Source: a virus
Taxonomy: Duplodnaviria; Caudoviricetes
IMG/VR virus record: IMGVR_UViG_3300005980_000006
Coordinates: 1-41,378 of that record
DNA length: 41,378 bases
Direction: 5' to 3' (one strand)
Below are positions 7,353 through 15,470 of the stretch, piece by piece. The notes under the pieces are model-generated. The model worked only from the letters and a program-made list of their open reading frames with translations. It ran no database searches and was not told the DNA's origin. Position 1 is the stretch's first letter. Each line of letters begins with the position of its first letter. The position numbers and the translations under genes are program-made.

Positions 7353-7766
7353 TCAAGAAGCGGGTTTCAGTATTCCTTCTAATTTTTTTCGATCTTTAGG
7401 TAGTTTTGTTGCAGCGGTGTAGATAAGTTTTTGCTGCATTTCAGGTGCTTCTCGGTATGACTGAAGAATATCCATTTCTTCATCAGTTACGTAGACCAAG
7501 CGGATTTTTGGTTGTACTACTTCGACAACTTTCTTCTCAACCTGCTCCATAGGTTCTGCTGGTTGTTCGCCGCTCAGCCATAAGAAGCTCACTCCACAGG
7601 CTGCAGCTAGCTTTTTTAGCGTCTCAGTTTCAGGCCCTCGTTTTCCACCGCCTTTCAGGATCCTATTTACCGTGGGCTGTGGAATTCCTGCCGCAACAGC
7701 TAAGGCTTGTTGCGTTTTATACCCAGCAGTTTTCATTGCCTGATCTAGGCGATCTCCAATATTCAT
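7353..7766 (-). CDS. cI: CI-like immunity repressor (true start MNIGDRL; no peptidase domain)
   Basis: HTH TQQALAVAAGIPQPTVNRIL; divergent from cro across the operator array. Confidence 0.85.
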   Translation of the reverse strand: MNIGDRLDQAMKTAGYKTQQALAVAAGIPQPTVNRILKGGGKRGPETETLKKLAAACGVSFLWLSGEQPAEPMEQVEKKVVEVVQPKIRLVYVTDEEMDILQSYREAPEMQQKLIYTAATKLPKDRKKLEGILKPAS

Positions 7767-7772
7767 GCGTGA

Positions 7773-7849
7773 AATATACGCGGATGAATAAACATCGTGC
7801 AAATTTTCATCCATTCGCGTATTGACTAAATTATCCATTCGCGTATATT
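7773..7849. promoter_or_regulatory. OR region: PRM, PR and three operators
   Basis: Operators 7776-7790 (inverted), 7808-7822, 7832-7846 (TATCCATTCGCGTAT); PR TTGACT-16-TATATT; PRM TTGCAC-18-TATATT on the minus strand. Confidence 0.85.
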
Positions 7850-7857
7850 CCTGTTTT

Positions 7858-8061
7858 ATGGAAAACATAACTTCACTCCTACGGGAGATAAAAACACGGT
7901 CCAGGATGAGCGAAAAGCAAATTGCTGCTCGTCTTGGAGTCTCTCAGCCCACGGTTAACAGAATGTTGCGTGGGCAGGACCGATGCCTTAGCACAACACT
8001 AATAGGCATCCAAAACCTGCATCGCGAAATTTCTACTCAGTCCGAAAATGCAGGGCCATGA
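7858..8061 (+). CDS. cro: Cro-like HTH protein (start MENIT)
   Basis: SEKQIAARLGVSQPTVNRML; recognition helix QPTVNR shared with CI. Confidence 0.85.
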   Translation: MENITSLLREIKTRSRMSEKQIAARLGVSQPTVNRMLRGQDRCLSTTLIGIQNLHREISTQSENAGP

Positions 8062-8291
8062 ATTCGATGAACTTATATCAGCTTCTGAATCATGTGATTG
8101 GCTCGAATTTCACCGATCAATTCAGCGACGTGAGTTTTAACTTGATCGTGGCTGCAGATCGACAGCTTATTGCTGAAGTTGTCCGCGAATCGATCGTGCC
8201 AACAGTGCTCGATCGCCATCGACCGAGACGCTTGCAAACGTCTTCGAGCCGATCTCATTCAATGCATCGCACACGACAGTGCCGAAACTAG
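8058..8291 (+). CDS. Possible hypothetical protein coupled to cro
   Basis: ATGA overlap with the cro stop, but overlaps the antisense ORF. Confidence 0.35.
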   Translation: MNSMNLYQLLNHVIGSNFTDQFSDVSFNLIVAADRQLIAEVVRESIVPTVLDRHRPRRLQTSSSRSHSMHRTRQCRN

Positions 8292-8442
8292 GGTCGTGTT
8301 TGACGATGGCTTTGACAAGAATCGCGATTGCTTGCGCGGTCGCAACCCGGTGGCTGTCGATGATCGAGTTGAGATAGTCAGACTGTTTAAGAAGCTCATT
8401 GAGTTGCTGTTGTGCCAGGTGTCGTTGTTCAGCGTTTGTCAT
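8167..8442 (-). CDS. Hypothetical protein antisense within the PR operon
   Basis: GGAG RBS, helical protein-like composition, AT-rich upstream region. Confidence 0.6.
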   Translation of the reverse strand: MTNAEQRHLAQQQLNELLKQSDYLNSIIDSHRVATAQAIAILVKAIVKHDPSFGTVVCDALNEIGSKTFASVSVDGDRALLARSIRGQLQQ

Positions 8443-8524
8443 AGCGATCTCCGGTTAAAGCTTCGCGACAGTTTAAATAAAAAATTTTCTAAATTTTTGA
8501 AAAACACAAGAAAAGGAAAAAACG

Positions 8525-9010
8525 GTGATCACACTAAGACAAGCTTATTTAAAAATAATTAAAGCTTTCCCAGGCGGTTGGGATGCAATGTCCGGGGCTC
8601 TCGGGATGACGCGTGATGCTTTAGAGAATCGAATATTTGAGAGACGCGGTCAAGATTTAACAGTCCAAACGGCTCTGATGATGCAATCGTTTACAAATTG
8701 CAGAGCGTTTGCTGAAGTAATTGCTAACGAAAGTGGGGGTGTTTTTATCCCAATGCCTCAGGGGGGGGCTTTGGGCAAAGATGTGGCTAGTGAAAAATTT
8801 CTCGAATTAATCGCAGAGATCGGTGAGCTTTCTGAAGAGTTTAAACATGCTGTTGCAGCTCACGAAATCAGCGGGAAAGACCAAGTACGAATCAATAACA
8901 TCATTGATCGGATCAATCGCACAACGTTTCAATTCCATTCGATTTTAAAGCAGTTTTACTGCCACAAAACGAAAGCAGAAACTGATGCTGCGGAGGTGAA
9001 GCATGCCTAG
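8525..9010 (+). CDS. CII-like / YmfL-family regulatory protein
   Basis: AFPGGWDAMSGALGMTRDALENRIFERRGQ motif; position after cro. Confidence 0.8.
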   Translation: MITLRQAYLKIIKAFPGGWDAMSGALGMTRDALENRIFERRGQDLTVQTALMMQSFTNCRAFAEVIANESGGVFIPMPQGGALGKDVASEKFLELIAEIGELSEEFKHAVAAHEISGKDQVRINNIIDRINRTTFQFHSILKQFYCHKTKAETDAAEVKHA

Positions 9011-9443
9011 ACCACAAGGACCAAGAGCCGGCTCTGCAGCCCAAATTGCAATCTGTCGAATTGTTGAATTGGGTGGCCATGCGAGTTTCAAACAGATCGT
9101 AGTGCATTTAAAACCTGAACAACAGCCGCTCAAAGCTTTTCGTCAATTAGTACTCAATCCTTTGGTCGACCATGGCTATGTAAACATCGTGAATGGCGAT
9201 AGTTTTAAAGCAACCAGTATGGGTAAGGACTACGCGTCACGTTACATTTCTCACTTGCTCCCATCGAATCAATGTTACGAAGGACAGGTTGCGCTTAGTC
9301 GCAATTTTAAGCCTGCACGTGAATTGAATTTAGCGCGGCATCGTGCTGTCGCACCATTCCGTCCAGGGGCCGATGATCACTTACGTATTCCGTCATTAAT
9401 GGGTTCGACGCGTAAATTACCAAATGGCGAGGTAATTGAATGA
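9003..9443 (+). CDS. Hypothetical protein, possible winged helix
   Basis: Coupled ORF before the primase; RPGADDHLRIPSLMG tail. Confidence 0.7.
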   Translation: MPRPQGPRAGSAAQIAICRIVELGGHASFKQIVVHLKPEQQPLKAFRQLVLNPLVDHGYVNIVNGDSFKATSMGKDYASRYISHLLPSNQCYEGQVALSRNFKPARELNLARHRAVAPFRPGADDHLRIPSLMGSTRKLPNGEVIE

Positions 9444-12250
9444 GTTTGACACCAGAAGAAATGTGTCGTGCACAAATGATTGACGCGGGGTACAACAACC
9501 TTCCAGTCGGCCATCCTGTTTTAGACGGGGCAATCAAGCGTTTTGGTAAAGGTAAAAAGAGCTGGTACGTGGCGCGTAAAGTCGAGCTTCCATCAGGAAA
9601 AGTTACCGTTAGCGGTGCGTTTGGAACCTACCATGGTGACGATAACGGCGCGATCAAGTTTCGCTGTGATGTTGAGCGCATGTCTGATGCTGATCGTGCT
9701 GCTTTGATCAAAAGACAGAATGAGTTAGCTCGTATCGAGCAGGAGAAAGAAGAGCAAAAACATCAACTGGCAGCTAACCGTGCGCGTGATCAGTGGGGTA
9801 GGGCTATCGCATGCAACGATAACGAACCGCATAGCTATTTGGTTAAAAAGCAGGTGCTGTCGTATGGTTTGCGAGTAGACAGCGACGGCAAGCTGCTGAT
9901 GCCGTTGTGGTCGGACGGTGGTTGCGGCGCTGATCTGCGCGGGCTGCAGAAGATTGATAGCAAGGGCGATAAACGCTTTAACGATGGCATTAACAAGGTC
10001 GGCGCGGCTTATCACCTGGGTGATATTCCTGCCGATGCTGAGCTGATTAATATCGGTGAGGGTTATGCTACGTGCGCATCAATGCTGCTTGCAGTACCTG
10101 GCTCATTTGTTGTTTGCGCCATCGATGCGGGTAATTTGATGCCTGTGGCTAAGCATATCCGTGCCACATATCCGAACGCGCATATTCGCTTTCTCGCGGA
10201 CGACGATTACCTGTTGTTGCCTCGTTTCATCGAGCGCTTGCGCGAGCAATTCAATCTCTCCCTGCCGGAGCCTGTGATCGATGGCGTGACCAGATCATAT
10301 GAGGCTGTTGATGGCGAAAACGTCGATGTAACTGCATGGTGGCGTAAAGATGCACAGGGAATTGATTACATTGAATCTGACGTACGCAAAGGCCGCAAGC
10401 AGCGTACAGAGTCATTCAAAAATGCAGGGCTGTATCGATCATACGAGGCCGCAGCAGAGATAGGGAATGCCTCTGTCATTTATCCAATATTTAGCGCCCG
10501 TAATGGCGAAAAGTGGACCGACTTTAATGACCTTCATGTACTCGAATCCCTTGACGCGGTAGCGTCACAAATCAATGCTGTTGCCCCTACTGAGCTGATG
10601 GCGTTTACGTCTCCCGCACCCTCTGCTAGAGTATTGCCGCTATTTTTCCCTGCTGCGCAGCAGCCAAGACAAGATTCTGACGTTGATGATATCCCTGCAT
10701 GGGTTGCGGATGCCCCACAAGTGGATTCGCTTCCTCCCCCGTCCCCTCCTGAAGATGCTGCGGAGATTGTTGGTTTGGTGCCGATGACATGGGCGCTTTC
10801 GCATTGTGCGTTGATTCAAGGGTCAACGGATATATGGGATTCGGTCAATAAGCTGCGAATCAAGAGAGCGGCATTTGTCGCGATGGTTGGTAAAGATGCT
10901 GCGAAGCAGTGGGAGTCTCATCCTGAGCGGCGTTCAATTAGCCCGCGCAATCTACCTAAAATTATTCGCGGCGTAGCAAAAGCGGCAGAGGGGGCGGGGG
11001 ACGATGGCATGGCGAAGATGTTAGATCGCTATACGTTGCTGTATGGGACGAAGACCGTATGGGACGCTGAGAAGAAGCTTGTCATCAATTTTGATGCGAT
11101 GGCACTGGCACGTGGTGAGTTAGCGACGCGCTGGCTACAACACCCTCTGAGGCAGGAAAAAGACCACGATAAGCTGGTGTTTGATCCGACGCAGAGGGTT
11201 GATCCGGACACGCATATCAATATGTTTGAGGGGTTTTTGATTAAGCCACGACATGATGATGCAAAGGCCGAACTGGTGTTGCGCCTACTGGAAAGTCTAT
11301 GTTCTTCAGAGCCTAACGGGGCTGATATTTTTGTGTGGGTGCTGCGCTGGCTGGCTTATCCATTGCAGAATCCGGGCGCAAAAATGCAGACGGCATTGCT
11401 GTTTTTTGGGAGTAAGCAGGGAACGGGTAAGAGTCTGTTCTTCGAAGGAGTGATCAAGCCTATCTACGGCAAGCATGGTGCAACCGGTGGACAAAATCAG
11501 TTAGACGCGGCTTATTCTGCTTGGCGCTCTCAAAAGCTCTATGTGCTGTTTGAAGAGATTTTGTCTCGACAAGATAAGTACAGCTCCTTCGGCTTGGTGA
11601 AGCATTTGATCACGGGACGTGACGCACCTATCACGCAGAAATTTAAAGATGATCGCTTTGAAGAAAATCATTTGAACGTGGTGATGCTGTCGAATGAATT
11701 TCAGGCCGTTCCTATCGAACCGGAGGATAGGCGATTTTTGGTCGCGGAAGCGTTGAATCACCCAGATCCTGAATTGCTTGCTGCGCTGACAAAAAATCAG
11801 AAACATGGGGAAGTTGTCCCTGAAATTGTTGAGGCATTTTATGACTTTTTGCTGCGGTATCCGCTAGGTGATTTTACGCCGCACACGAAGCCGATCATGA
11901 CGCAATCGAAGGAGCGAATGATTGAGTTTGGTCGGCCAGATTGGGAGGTGTTTTATCTCGAATGGAAACTAGGTGCTTTGGCGTTTCCCTATTGCTCGTG
12001 TATCGCAGAGCATTTGTACGAGGCGTATGAGATGTACTGCTCAAAATTTCATTACCGCGCACTATCGATGAAGAAGTTCTCTGAGCTGATTAATAGCCAG
12101 ATCAAGCGAGATCGGCAATGGGTAACGCTGGGCGTACAGAAGAAGCGGCTCCGTACTGTTTTTCACGTTGAGTGCGATACCGGAGAAACACTGTCTCAGC
12201 AGTGTAATACGTTCATGCTGGCGGCCAACATTAAGGATGAATCGAAATGA
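9440..12250 (+). CDS. DNA primase-helicase (TOPRIM plus DUF5906/D5-like NTPase)
   Basis: GEGYAT, AIDAGNL, ADDD, TDFNDL TOPRIM motifs; Walker A GSKQGTGKS; EDRRF. Confidence 0.9.
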   Translation: MSLTPEEMCRAQMIDAGYNNLPVGHPVLDGAIKRFGKGKKSWYVARKVELPSGKVTVSGAFGTYHGDDNGAIKFRCDVERMSDADRAALIKRQNELARIEQEKEEQKHQLAANRARDQWGRAIACNDNEPHSYLVKKQVLSYGLRVDSDGKLLMPLWSDGGCGADLRGLQKIDSKGDKRFNDGINKVGAAYHLGDIPADAELINIGEGYATCASMLLAVPGSFVVCAIDAGNLMPVAKHIRATYPNAHIRFLADDDYLLLPRFIERLREQFNLSLPEPVIDGVTRSYEAVDGENVDVTAWWRKDAQGIDYIESDVRKGRKQRTESFKNAGLYRSYEAAAEIGNASVIYPIFSARNGEKWTDFNDLHVLESLDAVASQINAVAPTELMAFTSPAPSARVLPLFFPAAQQPRQDSDVDDIPAWVADAPQVDSLPPPSPPEDAAEIVGLVPMTWALSHCALIQGSTDIWDSVNKLRIKRAAFVAMVGKDAAKQWESHPERRSISPRNLPKIIRGVAKAAEGAGDDGMAKMLDRYTLLYGTKTVWDAEKKLVINFDAMALARGELATRWLQHPLRQEKDHDKLVFDPTQRVDPDTHINMFEGFLIKPRHDDAKAELVLRLLESLCSSEPNGADIFVWVLRWLAYPLQNPGAKMQTALLFFGSKQGTGKSLFFEGVIKPIYGKHGATGGQNQLDAAYSAWRSQKLYVLFEEILSRQDKYSSFGLVKHLITGRDAPITQKFKDDRFEENHLNVVMLSNEFQAVPIEPEDRRFLVAEALNHPDPELLAALTKNQKHGEVVPEIVEAFYDFLLRYPLGDFTPHTKPIMTQSKERMIEFGRPDWEVFYLEWKLGALAFPYCSCIAEHLYEAYEMYCSKFHYRALSMKKFSELINSQIKRDRQWVTLGVQKKRLRTVFHVECDTGETLSQQCNTFMLAANIKDESK

Positions 12251-12259
12251 TCGCACTAT

Positions 12260-12500
12260 CGATTACAGGGTTTTCACTGTGCTTTTTTGATGCTGTTACG
12301 TTGAAAGCCAGTGTCCATGCGGGTTTTACAGGGTTAACAGGGTTAACAATGTCACTCGCGCATGTGCGCGTAAAAAACAGCATCACTTCATACGTTAATA
12401 AAAAAATAGATTCTCTCTCGTGTGTGTGTGATAACCATGTTAACCATGTTAACCCTGTTAAACATCAATATTCATGCGGGTTTCAGCGTATCAGGGTAAT
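12260..12500. repeat. Putative replication origin: convergent 9-bp iterons around an AT-rich core
   Basis: ACAGGGTTA repeats 12328-12348 and inverted TAACCATGT/TAACCCTGT x3 12432-12458; CATGCGGGTTT at 12316 and 12473. Confidence 0.7.
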
Positions 12501-12545
12501 CAGTTTTATCTGCAAAGCACTGTTAATGACGGAGAGGGAATCAAA

Positions 12546-12911
12546 ATGACGTCGCTTAGAACACTAATGCCAGTGACTGCGCGCCAGATAGATCGTATGC
12601 GGGAACGGATGGGGTTTGCTGAGGCTAATGAAATCATTAAGAGGGCGATATCAGGTGAGCCTGGTTATTTTTTCGCAACAGAGAATCATAGAACCTTCGG
12701 AACTCCCGATACGACCCTTACAACGGTTATTTGCTGGGATTTATTGGGTCGTTGCTATAGACGTGACCCTCAGTGGATGATCGATGCGACAGAGTTTGCA
12801 AACATTATTGGGATTGAGATAGAAGTGAAAGATGATCAAGATCACGAAGAAGCAAGAGAGCGAGCAAGACTTTTACGGAAAATTTTAAGAGAGGCGAAAT
12901 GCAATGCGTAA
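12546..12911 (+). CDS. Hypothetical phage protein (start MTSLRT)
   Basis: GGAGAGG RBS; GEPGYFFATENHRTFGTP motif. Confidence 0.7.
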   Translation: MTSLRTLMPVTARQIDRMRERMGFAEANEIIKRAISGEPGYFFATENHRTFGTPDTTLTTVICWDLLGRCYRRDPQWMIDATEFANIIGIEIEVKDDQDHEEARERARLLRKILREAKCNA

Positions 12912-13497
12912 AAATTGGTCTTCAATTTTGGAAAAGGGATTAGTGCAAACGGGTTTTACTGAAGAAACGTCTTTAGTGAGTAAAAACTCAGAGATTGATT
13001 CGGTTGATATTGATTTTGAAATGAGACTAATGAACTGGGGGCGAATTACAAATCCGAAAAGCGTTTATTCTGGTTCTGCTGGGGCATCAACTTTTTGGGC
13101 GAAAAAATACATCGAATTTCGGAACAACCATGAAAAGCAATTGGCGATATCGTGCGGCGTTCTTGAAAAACAAAATGTATTAAAGCAAATTGAAAATGAG
13201 GTGTTTTCAGAAGCTGAACATGATGATGCTTTGTTGATTGAGAAAGCCTGGTCTTCATTGGCTGATTATCAGCAAAAGAAAATTTTAAAAATGCGCTATG
13301 TTGATCGGTTACCGGATGCCTTAATTCGTAGGAATTTTAATCTGCGTGGTATGAAAAATCTGAGTTTGATTTTATGGAGATCGAAAGAAAATTTAAAAAG
13401 TTACCTTGCATCTGAAAAAAAGCCAGTTATAATTAACCCTGAACTTAACCGAATTAACCAAGTTAACTACAATTTGAACCGCCGGAAACGTGCCTGA
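12904..13497 (+). CDS. Late antiterminator Q-like protein
   Basis: EMRLMNWGR motif, sigma4-like C-terminal HTH, position before late genes. Confidence 0.6.
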   Translation: MRKNWSSILEKGLVQTGFTEETSLVSKNSEIDSVDIDFEMRLMNWGRITNPKSVYSGSAGASTFWAKKYIEFRNNHEKQLAISCGVLEKQNVLKQIENEVFSEAEHDDALLIEKAWSSLADYQQKKILKMRYVDRLPDALIRRNFNLRGMKNLSLILWRSKENLKSYLASEKKPVIINPELNRINQVNYNLNRRKRA

Positions 13498-13542
13498 TTT
13501 TCTCACCTCAAAAGGGTGCAGAAACACGTCTAAAGAAAAATG

Positions 13543-13575
13543 AAGCCCTGACAAATTTGATTGTCGGGGCTTTTT
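13543..13575 (+). terminator. Rho-independent terminator
   Basis: AAGCCCTGACAA...TTGTCGGGGCTTTTT. Confidence 0.8.
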
Positions 13576-13630
13576 GTTTTTGGGGATGATCATGTAATGT
13601 TCTAAATTCCATATCAAAGGGGAGCCCTGA

Positions 13631-13782
13631 ATAGCCCGCAACCTCTTGCGAAAATAGAGGTTCGTTAGATGAGCGAGTGTTAAAGAAGTCATCCAGACCT
13701 AAAAATATTCCGCTGATGGTAAAGCGTCTGAAAGGGCTATGTCGGGTGTTGCCAGCATCGCCGGAAACGTAACCGGCACGAC
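13631..13782 (+). ncRNA. Candidate structured ncRNA (strand uncertain)
   Basis: Seven nested helices found by eye forming a 4-way and a 3-way junction; no credible ORF. Confidence 0.5.
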
Positions 13783-13820
13783 TACTTTGCAAATGTGCTG
13801 TTAGCTATGTTTGTTCAAAT

Positions 13821-13861
13821 AAGGGCAAGTCAAATTCGACTTGTCCTTTTTCTTTTTTTTT
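13821..13861 (+). terminator. Rho-independent terminator
   Basis: AAGGGCAAGTC-aaattc-GACTTGTCCTT plus long T-run. Confidence 0.8.
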
Positions 13862-13883
13862 ACGACCTAGTTATTTGTGCCTT

Positions 13884-14648
13884 ATGAAGATCTCGATCAA
13901 GTCGAATGTTGACAAAATCACTGCAAAGATGACGGAATTTCCTCGCAATCAATTGCCGTTTGCATTGGCGCAGGCGTTGACAAAGACGGCTCAGGATATC
14001 GAGAAGGCAGAGATCCGCGAATTGAATGATGTGTTTGATCGTCCAACGCCATACACGCTGTCGAGCTTTTATGTAAAACCGGCGCGTAAGACACAACTGT
14101 CAGCGAGTGTTGGCATTAAAGATTTTGGTGGCAAGGGCACTCCAGCTATTAAGTTCCTAGCAGCTCAGATCGATGGTGGTACTCGTAAGCAAAAGCGATT
14201 TGAGCGTGCATTGCAATCGGTAGGTGCGATGCCATCAGGTTACTTCGCGGTACCAGGCTCGGCAGCTACATTAGATGCATACGGCAACATCGATCGAGGG
14301 TTGATCGTACAGTTGCTCTCGTACTTTAAAGCGTTTCCCGAAATGGGATACAAAGCGAATATGAGTGATAAACGCAAGGCAGCACTCGCCAAAGGGAATG
14401 CGAAGAAAGGCATTGCCGCTGTTGTGTACTTTGCAGGCATACCTGGTGATCGTCTACCCCTTGGTATTTGGGCTCGCTATAAATTAGGACATGGAAGCGC
14501 AGTCAAACCAGTACTTATCTTTGTGAAGTCTGCGCACTATAAAAAGCTACTCGACTTCTATTACGTATCCGAATCAACAGCGAAAGCGACGATGGATAAG
14601 AACATTCAAGAGTCGGTCCGTCAGGTGCTAAGCCAACTCAAGCCCTAG
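13884..14648 (+). CDS. Tail completion protein (lambda gpZ-like / neck)
   Basis: QLPFALAQALTKTAQD, VFDRPTPYTL motifs; basic protein. Confidence 0.65.
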   Translation: MKISIKSNVDKITAKMTEFPRNQLPFALAQALTKTAQDIEKAEIRELNDVFDRPTPYTLSSFYVKPARKTQLSASVGIKDFGGKGTPAIKFLAAQIDGGTRKQKRFERALQSVGAMPSGYFAVPGSAATLDAYGNIDRGLIVQLLSYFKAFPEMGYKANMSDKRKAALAKGNAKKGIAAVVYFAGIPGDRLPLGIWARYKLGHGSAVKPVLIFVKSAHYKKLLDFYYVSESTAKATMDKNIQESVRQVLSQLKP

Positions 14649-14669
14649 TGTATGCCTACAAAAAATCGC

Positions 14670-14713
14670 GGGTCCTTCCTGGGCTCGAGTCGATGGGGGT
14701 AATTCAAACCCCG
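14670..14713 (+). other. cos site (cosQ plus cosN)
   Basis: GGGTCCT (lambda cosQ sequence) at 14670-14676, then dyad GGGGT-AATTCAA-ACCCC 14696-14712, just upstream of terS. Confidence 0.75.
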
Positions 14714-14811
14714 TTTTTTCGTTAGCGGCTGGGCTGGAAAGTTAGTTAAATTAACCTCTTATGAAGGGTTAAAGGTTAATCGGTTAAATCAACGTATCTA
14801 ATGGGTTAAAT

Positions 14812-15414
14812 ATGGAAGAAGCGACCTATCTCACACGAAAAGAGTTCGCTGAGAGTATTGGTTGCACTCCGGCCTATATATCGAAGCTTGGTAGCCAAAA
14901 GCGTCTCGTATTAAGCGAAGATGGCAAGCGGGTGAACGTGGCGGCAACAAAGGAACTGCTAAAAATGAGTTCTGACCCCAGCAAAGTAGGCGTCACCGCT
15001 CGGCATGAGCGTGAGCGTGCTGAGCGCGATGTGGGCCGCTACACAAAACCCGATGCGCCTGATATCCCCGATGTTGTCCCTGATGGCACGAGCGCAGTAT
15101 TTGTCACTGGGGAGCAGGGGCCTTACCACAAGGCACGTGCGAATCGAGAACATTTCCTCGCGTTGCAAGCCGAAAACGAATACTACAAACAAATCGGTGC
15201 TTTGGTAGAGCGCGAGAAAGTCGAGGCAGCTGCGTTTAAGCTCGGTCGTTTGCAGCGCGACATATTTATGTCGTTACCGACAAAAATTGCGCCGCTGCTT
15301 GCGCCGATCAATGATTCGTGGGAGCTGGAGAAAGCTCTACGCGAGGCTATTCGCAATACGCTTTCTGAACTTGCCAAGATGGCAGAGCAAGATATGAAAA
15401 ACGCGATGAACTGA
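14812..15414 (+). CDS. terS: Terminase small subunit (Nu1-like)
   Basis: N-terminal wHTH (LTRKEFAESIGCTPAYISKL), coiled coil GALVEREKV; precedes terL. Confidence 0.85.
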   Translation: MEEATYLTRKEFAESIGCTPAYISKLGSQKRLVLSEDGKRVNVAATKELLKMSSDPSKVGVTARHERERAERDVGRYTKPDAPDIPDVVPDGTSAVFVTGEQGPYHKARANREHFLALQAENEYYKQIGALVEREKVEAAAFKLGRLQRDIFMSLPTKIAPLLAPINDSWELEKALREAIRNTLSELAKMAEQDMKNAMN

Positions 15415-15470
15415 TTACGTCGGCATGCTTTGATTTGTGCAGACGTCTACACAAATGAAAGGATAAACAT

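Noticed and set aside
5078-7846. CRISPR-like repeats
   Set aside because: 15-bp copies with about 10-bp gaps over promoters are operators; no array or cas genes
7767-7868. N-terminal extension of cI with repeated TRMD peptide
   Set aside because: Artefact of translating the operator repeats; the real start is at 7766
12247-12549. 100-aa ORF with GLTGLT / NHVNHV repeats
   Set aside because: Peptide repeats are the translated iterons; probably non-coding origin
13711-13733. Hammerhead ribozyme (CTGATG...GAAA)
   Set aside because: Core reads CUGAUGG rather than CUGANGA and stem II does not form as required
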